From Candidatus Obscuribacterales bacterium (lineage in GTDB: Bacteria; Cyanobacteriota; Vampirovibrionia; Obscuribacterales; Obscuribacteraceae), in contig CBDDIJ010000002.1 of assembly GCA_965228855.1 (NCBI GenBank), positions 576,001-640,000 on the forward strand: a DNA stretch of 64,000 bases, in the 5' to 3' direction. The position numbers and the translations under genes were made by a program. Shown in pieces: positions 14,993-25,151 of the stretch. Positions within the stretch are counted from its first letter, which is position 1; each line of letters starts with the position of its first letter. The notes under the pieces were generated by a model. The model saw nothing but the letters and a program-made list of their open reading frames with translations. It searched no databases and had not been told where the DNA came from.

Positions 14993-15403
14993 CTTGTTCA
15001 AATTGGATTCAATAGAAAACTGAAACCGCGCCATCCTGTCAAAGACAGGACGGATTTTGCTCTATAAAGTTACGGTTCAGGACAATTCAGAAGGTTTGGA
15101 GATGCGGCTCTTGCGGTGTCGGTGAATCAATTTGTTTCCTGACCATAGCCATAACATGCTCCAAATTGCAAGGCAAACAAGCCACCGCCCGTAGTGGCTT
15201 TCAAGAAGTCTTAATACCGCAGGCGGTGGCTATTTCGCCGGTTTCAAATCCAACACATCCGGCGCAGGATACCTATATTCTTTGTCGCAGCTTAGGCAAA
15301 GTCGGTTAGCTAGACTAGCGCGAACACCACTTCGCCTATATAAAAGTAATTCTGATTTTTATCCTTATAGAGCGGACCGAATTGCTGAAGCAGCGCCAAG
15401 CTG

Positions 15404-15964
15404 CTAACGACTTTTGATGGTTCCGTTTGAAATGCTTTTGCGGAAAACATCGCGCAAAGCAGGGTCCTTCAAGTTCTCGATGATGGCGCGCTGCTCCTTC
15501 GCCAGGTCCGTATCCGCAAGCCGGAGAACCGTGTCGAGCGCCTGCTTGTAGAGTGCCGCAATCTGCTCGTTATTCAGCTGGCCATTCATGCCCTGCTCGC
15601 AGAGGCGATATAGGCTCTCGCGCAGAACAAGCACAAGCTGTGTTCGCCCTGCGAGCTCGACGATCTTCTGCTGAAGTTCAACCTGTGCGTTCGCATCAGC
15701 ATTCGCCTGCTGGAGCTTCAGGTTTGCGATGATATTGGTGATGGACTCCATCGCGACATCGGGCGCGGGCTCAGCACACATCTTCATGCTGCCGTCACCG
15801 GGCAGGATATATGCACCACGCCTGGTTGCGTCGTAATCAATCGCGTAAGATTTACCTGTCTCCAACGCATGAGTGCGCATGGGTGATGTCATTGACGCGC
15901 ATCCAGACAGAAGCGAAGCTGCACAGATTGCCGCAATACAAAGGGATAGACTTTTCTTCATCAC
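15404..15964 (-). CDS. putative lipoprotein
   Basis: Basic N-terminus, hydrophobic stretch and lipobox LLSG|C. Confidence 0.75.
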   Translation of the reverse strand: MMKKSLSLCIAAICAASLLSGCASMTSPMRTHALETGKSYAIDYDATRRGAYILPGDGSMKMCAEPAPDVAMESITNIIANLKLQQANADANAQVELQQKIVELAGRTQLVLVLRESLYRLCEQGMNGQLNNEQIAALYKQALDTVLRLADTDLAKEQRAIIENLKDPALRDVFRKSISNGTIKSR

Positions 15965-15972
15965 GATTTCCT

Positions 15973-16431
15973 TTACTTTAGTTTCGGCTGGAAGAATTTC
16001 AGTTTCATCGCTGCCGCTTCAATGATTGGAATTGTCAGCGTGGTCAGTATCAGCAAAAGAGAGCCATAGACAGGTCGGTAGATGTCCGGGAAGGTCAGTG
16101 CAAAAGGACCGCCCAGGGCAAAGACCCAGACCGCAAATGCCACTGTTGCCGCACAACAGTGAAAACGTACAGATTGCTTCTCAGCTTCCTCTGACGGGCG
16201 ATACTTTATGTATAGAGGGGTGAGGACGAGGAGGAAAACAAAAACGCCCCAGTAAAGCCACACAGCAATCGGATCTGAAACCATTTCCTCTCGCAAAATA
16301 CCGTCGATAGCAATGTACGCTGCATTCAATTCGCCCGGTATGTATTTGATGAGCTTCTCAAAATATGAGCTCGTACGTGGATCCGGTGGCGTTGGAGTAT
16401 CGGAATTCTTGTCGTCAGGTTCATCAGACAT
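15973..16431 (-). CDS. small integral membrane protein of unknown function
   Basis: About 4 hydrophobic segments. Likely start MSDEP at 16431; 8-bp gap to the lipoprotein gene. Confidence 0.7.
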   Translation of the reverse strand: MSDEPDDKNSDTPTPPDPRTSSYFEKLIKYIPGELNAAYIAIDGILREEMVSDPIAVWLYWGVFVFLLVLTPLYIKYRPSEEAEKQSVRFHCCAATVAFAVWVFALGGPFALTFPDIYRPVYGSLLLILTTLTIPIIEAAAMKLKFFQPKLK

Positions 16432-17223
16432 GACCGAGCCTTTCACTAGGATTGAGAGATGACAGTTCCTAACTTCGTTGACAGTAGACAACGGAAGAGT
16501 CTCGTTGCGCAGTCAGTGACTTTACTCCCGGATTTTGTGCCGTCGGGATATTAGAGGTCTTACTAAAAGGTGGCCGTATCCGCATCGCAAAAGAGAGTTT
16601 GAAAACTTCTTGTTTGGCGGTACATTTATTGCAGTGGTGGCAGACCTCAAGTAAAGGTGGAAGTTAAGAGATAAGCCGATACTAGTCAGTCCGCCGCCAC
16701 TGAATCAATGATCACACCGCAAACACAACTGTAACGAATTTCAGTCAGTCCGATGAAATCCGAAAACGTTGACTATGCAATGCTTTGTAGCCGACAGGCT
16801 ACAGTGACCCTTTACACTTCATCATTCCTTTAACTTTCAAAAGTCCCAGCACCAGCGGCTTCTCGAAATACCTCCGCTAGCGATTGAAGCTGAACCTCCG
16901 TCGGCTTCACATAACTTCTATGAGGGCGCGGTAGCGCGCTTTGCAGAGCAATGGCTGCTTTCCGTATCATTACGAGATGAAGTCTTCGTATACATGACAC
17001 CGTATTTAGTGACGGACGAAAGTCTGCACAGGTTCGCAAATAGATAGCCTTGAGATTTCCTTAGATTGGAATAATCGTACGAACGGGTGATTGAAAAAGA
17101 TTCTTTCCTACGGATAATAGTATTCGAACGCTTATCTCTTGACATCCAGCTAAATGCCACTCAAATGCTTGCTCTGTCTGACGAGCGAGCATTTTTGCAC
17201 CTGGCGGAAATAGGGGTCGCTAG

Positions 17224-17973
17224 ATGCGCAAACCCTTTCAGAACCCCTTCGCCAGCCTGATTTTCATTTCAATCGTTCGAGCAGCGGCCAAATCAGCACT
17301 GTCGTGCTTTCCAAAACAATACGCGAATGAAACTGCTGGCTTGAAGGAGAAGACTTCCCATAGACAGGATGCAATCGAGCTTTTCACCATCTGTCTGAAC
17401 GGCTAAGGTCATCAGTGGCTGAGCGACGACGAAACAAGAGTCTTTGAATATTTCTTCGAACAAGATGGGAACGAGCGTAAGGAATTTTGTCAGATATTTG
17501 GAGCAGACAAGATTGTCGAGAATGTCGGTGAGTTTGTCGGCTATTTTCTAGTTCGAAAAGTAATGAATTCCCCGACTTACATTGGAAAGATTGCAAAAGA
17601 AGTTGAGCTACTCTGGCGTTGGCTAGAGGAAAAGAATTATGCAAGTTCGGAGGCAGCGCAACAAGCCGCTACCTGCGCAGCAACAGCGGCGAAACAGTTG
17701 CCTCGTTCTGCAAAAGCGGCTGAACTGTTATGGACTATCGCACAGGAATTTGACGGCATTGCAGAGCCCCTTGAAGAAGGAACGATGGACATCACAAAGG
17801 TTAGCAGTGATTTCATTTGGCTCTGCCCAATCGGCGGCAAGGAAATAGGACCGATATTCTTGCCAAAGAAGATAACTGACCTTCTCGAGGTCGGCTGGGA
17901 CATGAATTGCGCGCTAGCACAGTCTGATGGGAAGTGGATAATCGTAGAAGTAGGGAATGTTTATCCAAGATAA
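17224..17973 (+). pseudogene. hypothetical gene interrupted by one in-frame TAA at 17404-17406
   Basis: ORFs 17224-17406 and 17563-17973 are in the same frame, and 17407-17562 is open (GHQWLSDDETRVFEYFF..FLVRKV). Confidence 0.6.
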
Positions 17974-18104
17974 ACAGAGTAATTCTCTCTCCATTCGGAG
18001 TTCGCGCCTATGACAGCCGAAAATGACTGCTTTCGGCTGATTTTATTACCAGCGAGGAAGTTTGGAGCTGTCTCGATGAACCGTCCTCTTCCTTCGCCAA
18101 CAAG

Positions 18105-18419
18105 TTATGTTTTCTTCCATGACGGGCGGGAAGTTTCTCCACGTGCAGAATACAGCTTCAAGGAATGACTTTCGAGATATTCGTGTAGTCGGTTCAATGC
18201 CCGATCAGAGAGGTCCTTGGTATCAAGGACAATGCCATCTATTGGCTCGTCTGTGATTTGCAAATCTTTAATGTACTCAACAAGCATGTCTGCCTTGACG
18301 GAGTAGTCAATTTTTTTTTCGACCAACTCTACTTCGGATGCGTTCGCATGAAGCCATTGATCGATGAATCCATTTCCTGGGACTGTGATTGCAATCCCGA
18401 ATATCTTTTCCTTTGCCAT
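18105..18419 (-). CDS. hypothetical protein
   Basis: 104 aa with globular composition; AAGGAAG upstream. Confidence 0.55.
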   Translation of the reverse strand: MAKEKIFGIAITVPGNGFIDQWLHANASEVELVEKKIDYSVKADMLVEYIKDLQITDEPIDGIVLDTKDLSDRALNRLHEYLESHSLKLYSARGETSRPSWKKT

Positions 18420-19066
18420 TTGAACTTCCTTGTTGAAAGGGCTAGACTACCCGCTCAAGCCGATTGTACGCGCGAATTTGTTTTCTCAATAGCGATATTT
18501 GTTTTTTCAATCCGGCTTCTGTGATCCGGTGTGGCCATCGCTCGCCAGTCTCAATAATGAAAGCGCAATGTGTCTCTTACTGGGCATTAGTTGTCTCCTG
18601 AAATCTTTTCGAACCAATAATTCTCTCACAGAAGCTGCGAGCAGCGATGCTTAAAGCTGACCAATCATCCTAAAATACCGAAGCATTAAACTACTAGCAG
18701 CGTCCGCGTTCATCGTCTTTGGCGCCGCGTTCCTGCCATCTCAATTGCCGCTGGAAATTCTGTTTGTGAAATCGTTTCCGCTGTTGCTGGTGGCGCCGCT
18801 GCCACTCTTGCTTACAGACCTCATACGAGCCAACGAAAACAACGTTTTCGCCAACCCAGCTGGTAGGTACCTTGTTTGCGCTGTTCTTTTTTGTCTGCCA
18901 TGATTGGCTCTCGGTGCGCCTTATCTCAAGAGCGCTTTGACTTTCGTGGCTTTCTTTTGGACGGCAGTGTGTGAGTCTTCATCGGAATTTCTCCGGAAAC
19001 ATCATACTGCACCATGTAGCAAAGACAACCGTCAAACAAATCACCTACTTGGCAAATCGGCGTTTT

Positions 19067-19093
19067 TGTATTACACTAACTACATGTAATACA
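19067..19093. promoter_or_regulatory. putative antitoxin operator (inverted repeat)
   Basis: TGTATTACA-N9-TGTAATACA, 12 bp before the antitoxin ATG. Confidence 0.7.
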
Positions 19094-19105
19094 AGGTGTT
19101 CAAAA

Positions 19106-19333
19106 ATGACAACCTCTGTTCGATTTGACGATTTAATTGAGAAGCGCTTGGATGAGCTTGCGAAGAAAACCGGTCGCACCAAGAGCTACTACATTCGTGA
19201 ATTGGTCGAAAGCCATATTGACGACTTGGAAGACTACTACCTTGGAAGCAGTACCTTGGAACGTGTCCGAGCAGGAAAAGAAAAAGTACATACCAGTGCA
19301 TCCGTGAGAGAGCAACTTGGCTTGGACGATTGA
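19106..19333 (+). CDS. relB: type II antitoxin, ribbon-helix-helix (RelB/StbD-like)
   Basis: MTTSVRFDDLIEKRLDELAKKTGRTKSYYIRE..DLEDYY; overlaps the toxin start. Confidence 0.85.
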   Translation: MTTSVRFDDLIEKRLDELAKKTGRTKSYYIRELVESHIDDLEDYYLGSSTLERVRAGKEKVHTSASVREQLGLDD

Positions 19334-19736
19334 CTATTCCGATAGTGTTCTAAAACAGCTTAAAAAGCTCGATAAGCCAGTCGCGAAAAAAGTGCTCGCG
19401 TACATGGACGAGCGAATAGCTGTCTTGGAAGATCCAGCAACTGCCGGTAAGCCTCTAACTGGCAGGCTTGGTAATCTTCACCGCTACCGAGTAGGTGACA
19501 TCCGCGTTGTTTGCTTCATCTCCAAGGAAACTGTATCTGTCCTAGTTTTGCGGGTGGCCCATCGAAGCAAAGTCTATGAGGATGAGGATAAATTTGCAAC
19601 AAAAGCTTCGTCGGAAGTGAACGCGTTCCTGCAACGGAAGGAGGATGAAGATTCCGAAAAAGAACTTGCTGAGGGTCTCGAATATTTGGACAAAGAGTAC
19701 AAAGCTCATATAGAGCGGCAGGAGAGAGAGAGTTAA
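19317..19736 (+). CDS. relE: RelE/StbE family toxin with acidic C-terminal extension
   Basis: MAWTIDY..GKPLTG..RYRVGDIRV..HRSKVY, plus ~50 extra residues. Confidence 0.85.
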   Translation: MAWTIDYSDSVLKQLKKLDKPVAKKVLAYMDERIAVLEDPATAGKPLTGRLGNLHRYRVGDIRVVCFISKETVSVLVLRVAHRSKVYEDEDKFATKASSEVNAFLQRKEDEDSEKELAEGLEYLDKEYKAHIERQERES

Positions 19737-19737
19737 T

Positions 19738-20778
19738 ATGGCAACGAACGCGCAATTGATAGCGAACATGCAAAAGCAGCATGCGGCCATGATGGCCTTG
19801 CCGGATTCCCCTGTTATGGAGGCAATGCTAAAAATGCCGATTTATCCGACCGAACTCCAAGCATGGGACGCCAAACTAGCTCAACTATCGTATTCTCCTG
19901 TTGTGGAAGCGATGTTGAAAATGCCGAACTATGCAGCCGAACTTCAAAAATGGGATGCCACGCTAGCCGAACTATCGCATTCCCCTGTAGTGGAAGCGAT
20001 GGCAAACATGCACCACTACACGATGATGCCATCGACTTTCGAACTCGCCGCTGATTTCCAGAGGAAGAGCGCGGAAGCCGAGAATTTCGCGAGCTTTCCT
20101 GTAATGGGAGCAATGACAAGTCTCTGGAACCACGACTATTTATTGCGGTCAGAGGAAATTCAAAATTTAAAATTGCAGGCAGAATTTCAAAAGCTCTCGG
20201 CTCAAACTCCAATGATTGAAGAAATGAGTCGCATCTCGAAGGAGTACGATTCACTGCGAGCCGCTGCGCTGAACATCCAACAGCAAAGTGCAGACTTAGC
20301 AGCGCTTGCCCGTTCTCCATTCTTGGAGGCGATTGAACAAAACAATCAGCATTGGGAGTCATTGCGCGCTCTCTCTCGATCGCTTCAGCATCTGTGCCCG
20401 CCGATCTCCGAGTTCATCTCAACTGGCACGGACAACGGAGTACTTGAAGAGACCGAGAGGACCATCATTCTTGGATTCTTCCGTGACACTCAAAAACATG
20501 CTCAGCAGGTCCATGTGCAACTTTGCGCAGCTGAGATGGAATTTGCACATCAACCCGAAATATTCTCGGCAAGTTGGATGGATGAAATCGTTGCTGAGCT
20601 TCGAAATAAACAATGCACCATGGATGATGCACTCGAAAAGCTAGACCCTCTTCTGAGACAGGTCGATCCGAATGACTCTAGAATCTTCCGCTACTGGTGG
20701 ATTTTGCGAAAAATCGAACAGAAGTTAATCGAAATCAGAGTCAAACTGGTCGAAATATTTGAGGAGTTCAATAGCTAA
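19738..20778 (+). CDS. helical hypothetical protein with 29-aa repeats
   Basis: 346 aa; starts 1 bp after the relE stop. Confidence 0.6.
   Translation: MATNAQLIANMQKQHAAMMALPDSPVMEAMLKMPIYPTELQAWDAKLAQLSYSPVVEAMLKMPNYAAELQKWDATLAELSHSPVVEAMANMHHYTMMPSTFELAADFQRKSAEAENFASFPVMGAMTSLWNHDYLLRSEEIQNLKLQAEFQKLSAQTPMIEEMSRISKEYDSLRAAALNIQQQSADLAALARSPFLEAIEQNNQHWESLRALSRSLQHLCPPISEFISTGTDNGVLEETERTIILGFFRDTQKHAQQVHVQLCAAEMEFAHQPEIFSASWMDEIVAELRNKQCTMDDALEKLDPLLRQVDPNDSRIFRYWWILRKIEQKLIEIRVKLVEIFEEFNS
19807..20010 (+). repeat. 87-bp coding tandem repeat (~2.3 copies)
   Basis: SPV(M/V)EAM units start at 19807, 19894 and 19981. Confidence 0.85.
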
Positions 20779-20788
20779 ATCGAGTTCG

Positions 20789-21088
20789 TTACCCTTTCCA
20801 GAGCGGTATACCAGCAGCGTTGAAGCACTCTGGCCATACATGTTCGGGAGTATGAGGCGTCCGTTTAAAACCGATCGTGGGATACGCTCGCCCATCTTGC
20901 GGCGATGCAATGAACATCGGATGTTGCGAGCAATTTCCCAAAATTTGCCAATCATGTTCACGCGGAATTATCGTGTACAACAAATATTCATTTGCACCAC
21001 GTGAAAAGCCGCTCTTCATTTGATTCATTAGTCGTGTGGATAGAATTTCTCGTTGACGAGCTTCTCTTTCTCTCTTTTTCATTGTCAT
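20789..21088 (-). CDS. hypothetical protein
   Basis: 99 aa; GGAG upstream. Confidence 0.45.
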   Translation of the reverse strand: MTMKKREREARQREILSTRLMNQMKSGFSRGANEYLLYTIIPREHDWQILGNCSQHPMFIASPQDGRAYPTIGFKRTPHTPEHVWPECFNAAGIPLWKG

Positions 21089-21418
21089 ATTTACTCTCCA
21101 ATGAGATTGTGTAAAAGGGCTTTGTGAATCGGTTGTTCGTTTTTTCTACTTCTTATCGGTTTCTTGACTATAAATCTCGTTGACGCTAAATCAAAGGCCG
21201 GTTGATTTCGGTTGTGAAATCCTGAATCACGTGCGCCGTAAGCGAATATAGGCGTGAATAAACGCAAAAGATTTTTCTAATCCAGCACCGTCTTCAGTGT
21301 CATTTGAACCTTAGCCGGATAGTAGCATTGGGTGCGAGTCGAAAGAAGGCGCCAGCCCTAGCCGTCGGACTCTTGAATCCATTCACGTATCTCAGAGATA
21401 CAATGACCCAAGTCGACA

Positions 21419-21781
21419 TTAATAGGCGAACTGCTCTCGCCATTTTCCGCTGCATGGATCTGAATTAACCTTCAAATCGAAAAATGCATCGACCTGCTGA
21501 ATCATATGGCAGTAGTTTTCCTCAACCGGGCCAGCTTCGTCTATTCTGCGGCGCGCCCATTTACTTTCTTGTTGTAATTCGTTCTTGAACTCCTTCAGTG
21601 CTGCTCGGGCCTCAGCCTTTGAAAACGGTGGCTCAATCATCTCGCGCAGGACGTCTAGTTTTTTTGTCCCATTCTTCGGCTTTTTTGATCCACGGTTCAG
21701 CTTCTTCCGCTTTTGGTTTTCTGCGTTCAATGTTATTCGGCATGTTGGTTCAGAGCTGTTCGATTTCCTTTTTGACTGCAT
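21419..21781 (-). CDS. hypothetical protein
   Basis: 120 aa with a basic N-terminus. Confidence 0.4.
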   Translation of the reverse strand: MQSKRKSNSSEPTCRITLNAENQKRKKLNRGSKKPKNGTKKLDVLREMIEPPFSKAEARAALKEFKNELQQESKWARRRIDEAGPVEENYCHMIQQVDAFFDLKVNSDPCSGKWREQFAY

Positions 21782-21956
21782 TATGAAGTCTCACACTCAC
21801 GATGGTAATCGTCAGGCGGCACCGCATGCGACGACTCCAACAGTGCGAACGGAAATTGAATTCCGTAAATCTCATACGAATTAAAGACGTGCATGATCTC
21901 TTCTTGGTTGGCCTACTTTGATTTATTATGTAACTGTGTGTTTCAAGGGCTAGTAA

Positions 21957-24314
21957 ATGACATCAGTATCGGGTCAAGTATTTTTCGCTTATCCATCTCA
22001 GCCCGCCCAGATTGGTACAACGATCGAGGCGGCAGCACAGATACTTAAGGGAGGTGGAATTTCAGCGCGAACCTGGCGAGAGATGGATGTTGCAGGACAT
22101 TTCATAGCCTCTGGAGTAATGCAAGAGATTGATGAAGCAGAATTGGTCGTGCTTGATATTACTCGACTTAACTTCAATGTGACTTTTGAAGCCGGCTATG
22201 CAATGGCTAAACGAAAAAAGCTTTTGCCAATAATGAACACGAGCCTTAACCCCGCAACAAAGGAAATAAGTCAGCTTGGGCTTTTTGATACTCTTGGATA
22301 TGAGACATATCAGAACAGCAACGATCTGGCACGCATCGTAAGCGAAAAGCTCTCTAAGCCAATTGTTGAGTTGAGAGAATATGCAATTGATCATGGAGCA
22401 CCTGTTTATGTTCTTGACACGCTGTATAAAACTGACGCCTCGCTGAGAATTGCTTCGAAGATCAAGAAAACAAAAATTCGCTTCAGGAGTTTCGATCCGA
22501 AAGAACAAGCTCGTCTTTCGGCAATGGAAGCATACCGGAATGTTGCACAATCAGTTGCAGTGGTTATCAATCTTCTCTCGTCCCAAGCGACCGACTTCGA
22601 TAGAAACAACCTGCGAGGTGCCTTCCTAACCGGTCTCGCGTTCGGTATGGACAGAGAAACAGTTGTATTTCAGGACGGTCAAGAGCCGGTACCGCTGGAC
22701 TACAGGGATTTTGTGACTGTGTACAAAGGTCCGAATGATATCGATCCTCAAATAAATGCTCTCGCTCCAAAAGTCATTGATGCCTTACAAGCACAAATAG
22801 GCCATGTTTCCACACAAACTCTCGGAACGTTAGAAAAGCTGGATTTAGGGGCACCGGCTGCGGAGAACGAGATGGTGAATCTCGGTGAATACTATGTTCC
22901 CACCGACGAATTCAACAAGACTATGGCTGGCACAGTTCGACTAGTGGTGGGACGCAAAGGCGCAGGCAAAACGGCTCTCTTCCTTCAGGTGCGGGATAAG
23001 AAAAGACAGGGTAGAAGTCGTCTCGTATTGGATCTTCGTCCCGAAGGACACCAACTTAAACGTTTTAAAACCGCGGTTTTAGAGGTTCTAGCAGAAGCGG
23101 TTAAAGAGCATATCGCGACTGCCTTTTGGGAGTATTCACTTTTGCTGGAAATCGCATACAAGTTACTTGAGAAGGACCAGCACGCGTACCGACGGGATCA
23201 AGACTTGATGCCCAGATATCTTAAACTGAATGAGATCTACGAGGGCGCGGGTAGAGGAGCTGGTGAAGGCGATTTCTCTGAGAGGCTTCGGGAGCTTACT
23301 GACCGTATAAGTGTGGAATTTGAAACCAAATACGGTATCAAAGGCGTATCACATCTTTCTGTTGGTGAAGTTACGTCCCTCATATACAAGCAAGACATCG
23401 CTGTTCTCAGAGAGACTCTTTGTGATTATCTTCGACAGCGGGATGAGGTGTGGATCTTATTTGACAATATAGATAAGGGCTGGCCAACTCATGGAGTAGC
23501 CATAACTGATATTGTTATTCTAAGAGCCTTGTTGGAGGCGACTCGAAAAATCGAGCAATCATTCGCTCGCAAACATTTAACAGTTCATACCGTGGTGTTT
23601 CTTCGTAATGACGTCTTCGAACTTTTGGTAAATGAATCACCTGACAGAGGAAAGGAAGCACGAGTTTCATTGGACTGGACAGATCCTGATCGGCTTAGGG
23701 AATTGCTACGAAGGCGTATTGTTCATGGGGGGCTTTTTGATGCCGATGCTTCTTTTATGTCAGTTTGGTCATCAATTTGCGCATCTCATGTAGAGGGAAA
23801 CGAATCCTCAGAGTATCTGATAGAACGGTCCTTGATGAGGCCCAGAAACCTGCTTACACTCGTTAGTTACGCGAAGAGTAATGCGGTCAATTTGCGGCAT
23901 AACTTTATTCAACAAGATGACATCATTAAAGCTTGCAATACTCATTCCGCAGATATAGGAAATGAAATCGGACTAGAGATTCGCGATATTTATCCGCTAG
24001 CAGAAGATATTTTGTATTACTTCATGGACTGTAAAAGTTGGATGAACGTACGAGAATTAAAGGAGATTCTCAACAACGCAAAAGTCCCTCCAGTGGAACA
24101 CGCACATGTTATCGAGCTACTGCTCTGGTTTTCATTCCTTGGCGTCGTTCGGGAATCATCATCGGAAGGGGTGATGGAAGTTTTTATTTACGACGTTTTT
24201 TACGACATGAAGAAATTGCGTGTATTAGCGAAGAACCTTGAAGATGACTCCACTGTTCTTTGTGTTCATAAGGCTTTTTGGCCCTTTCTCAATATTTCAG
24301 AGAGACACGGATGA
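21957..24314 (+). CDS. P-loop ATPase with N-terminal TIR/nucleoside-deoxyribosyltransferase-like domain(s); putative defence protein
   Basis: FFAYPS..DITRLNFNVTFEAGYA; Walker A GRKGAGKT; Walker B ILFDNID; RPRN motif. Confidence 0.75.
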   Translation: MTSVSGQVFFAYPSQPAQIGTTIEAAAQILKGGGISARTWREMDVAGHFIASGVMQEIDEAELVVLDITRLNFNVTFEAGYAMAKRKKLLPIMNTSLNPATKEISQLGLFDTLGYETYQNSNDLARIVSEKLSKPIVELREYAIDHGAPVYVLDTLYKTDASLRIASKIKKTKIRFRSFDPKEQARLSAMEAYRNVAQSVAVVINLLSSQATDFDRNNLRGAFLTGLAFGMDRETVVFQDGQEPVPLDYRDFVTVYKGPNDIDPQINALAPKVIDALQAQIGHVSTQTLGTLEKLDLGAPAAENEMVNLGEYYVPTDEFNKTMAGTVRLVVGRKGAGKTALFLQVRDKKRQGRSRLVLDLRPEGHQLKRFKTAVLEVLAEAVKEHIATAFWEYSLLLEIAYKLLEKDQHAYRRDQDLMPRYLKLNEIYEGAGRGAGEGDFSERLRELTDRISVEFETKYGIKGVSHLSVGEVTSLIYKQDIAVLRETLCDYLRQRDEVWILFDNIDKGWPTHGVAITDIVILRALLEATRKIEQSFARKHLTVHTVVFLRNDVFELLVNESPDRGKEARVSLDWTDPDRLRELLRRRIVHGGLFDADASFMSVWSSICASHVEGNESSEYLIERSLMRPRNLLTLVSYAKSNAVNLRHNFIQQDDIIKACNTHSADIGNEIGLEIRDIYPLAEDILYYFMDCKSWMNVRELKEILNNAKVPPVEHAHVIELLLWFSFLGVVRESSSEGVMEVFIYDVFYDMKKLRVLAKNLEDDSTVLCVHKAFWPFLNISERHG

Positions 24315-24410
24315 TTCGCCTTTACATGCACGTTAGCACTAAGTTAACAGCGCATCTAGTGACGCGAAGCGACACAATCTAGTTAAACTTCAACGAGGAA
24401 ATGAAATCAC

Positions 24411-24782
24411 ATGGTTTGGCAGCTTTATGACGTCAGAGATTCAGAGATTGAAAAGGAAGATGGGTGGACCTTATCCTGCTCAAAGGATGCAACGAATGCC
24501 CAATTGTTAAACGCGACTGTCGATCAGGGTTGGCAATCTTACGATGACACCGCTGGGACAGATATGTGGAGGGCCGTGATTATCCAGGGACAAGTAAATA
24601 CGTTCATTCTTCGATGGGAAGATGCCGATCAAGCACCGAACAAGCAAGTTAAGAAGTTGCTTTCCGAGTTAGAGGTGCTGTTGAAAGTACATGTTCGTTC
24701 CGATGAGAGATGGGAGAGTTCTTTCAACCATCTTGTCAGTGCCGTTGAGGAATCTCTTCCTGAAACTAAATCACCAGAATAG
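24411..24782 (+). CDS. hypothetical protein
   Basis: 123 aa; GAGGA upstream. Confidence 0.55.
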   Translation: MVWQLYDVRDSEIEKEDGWTLSCSKDATNAQLLNATVDQGWQSYDDTAGTDMWRAVIIQGQVNTFILRWEDADQAPNKQVKKLLSELEVLLKVHVRSDERWESSFNHLVSAVEESLPETKSPE

Positions 24783-25151
24783 TGGTAGACGATGGATCGG
24801 TTATTCATACACAGCTGAAAACGACTTTCTTAAGCCGTGTACAAGTGAAGAAACGCTAAATCACAGGTCCCCATATTTGAACAAAGAACCTCCCAATCAC
24901 TATTTTCGGCAAAGTCGAAACCGCGACGGCGAATGCCACCAAACAAATCAAAAAATGAAAACATCGGTGCGCGATCACCTCACTCCAGCTACAGTTAAGC
25001 AATTTAAGAGACATTGCAAATACTTAGTTGGCAAACCCGAGACGCGCAAATTGCACGCCAATCTGATCGCCTGAATATTTACGCTGCTCACATTGAACCC
25101 GCACCACTTTGTTCATCTCCGAACGAGGCGGTCCAAATCGCCCACAAACAC

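Noticed and set aside
15001..15070. Possible c-di-GMP riboswitch (GCAAA plus hairpin)
   Set aside because: It lacks the GNRA/receptor arrangement and second stem of the class I consensus.
18540..18960. Short ORF remnants
   Set aside because: No frame gives a recognisable protein.
21330..21390. tRNA-like fragment (gtcggactcttgaatcc)
   Set aside because: No cloverleaf, T-loop or acceptor stem can be built.
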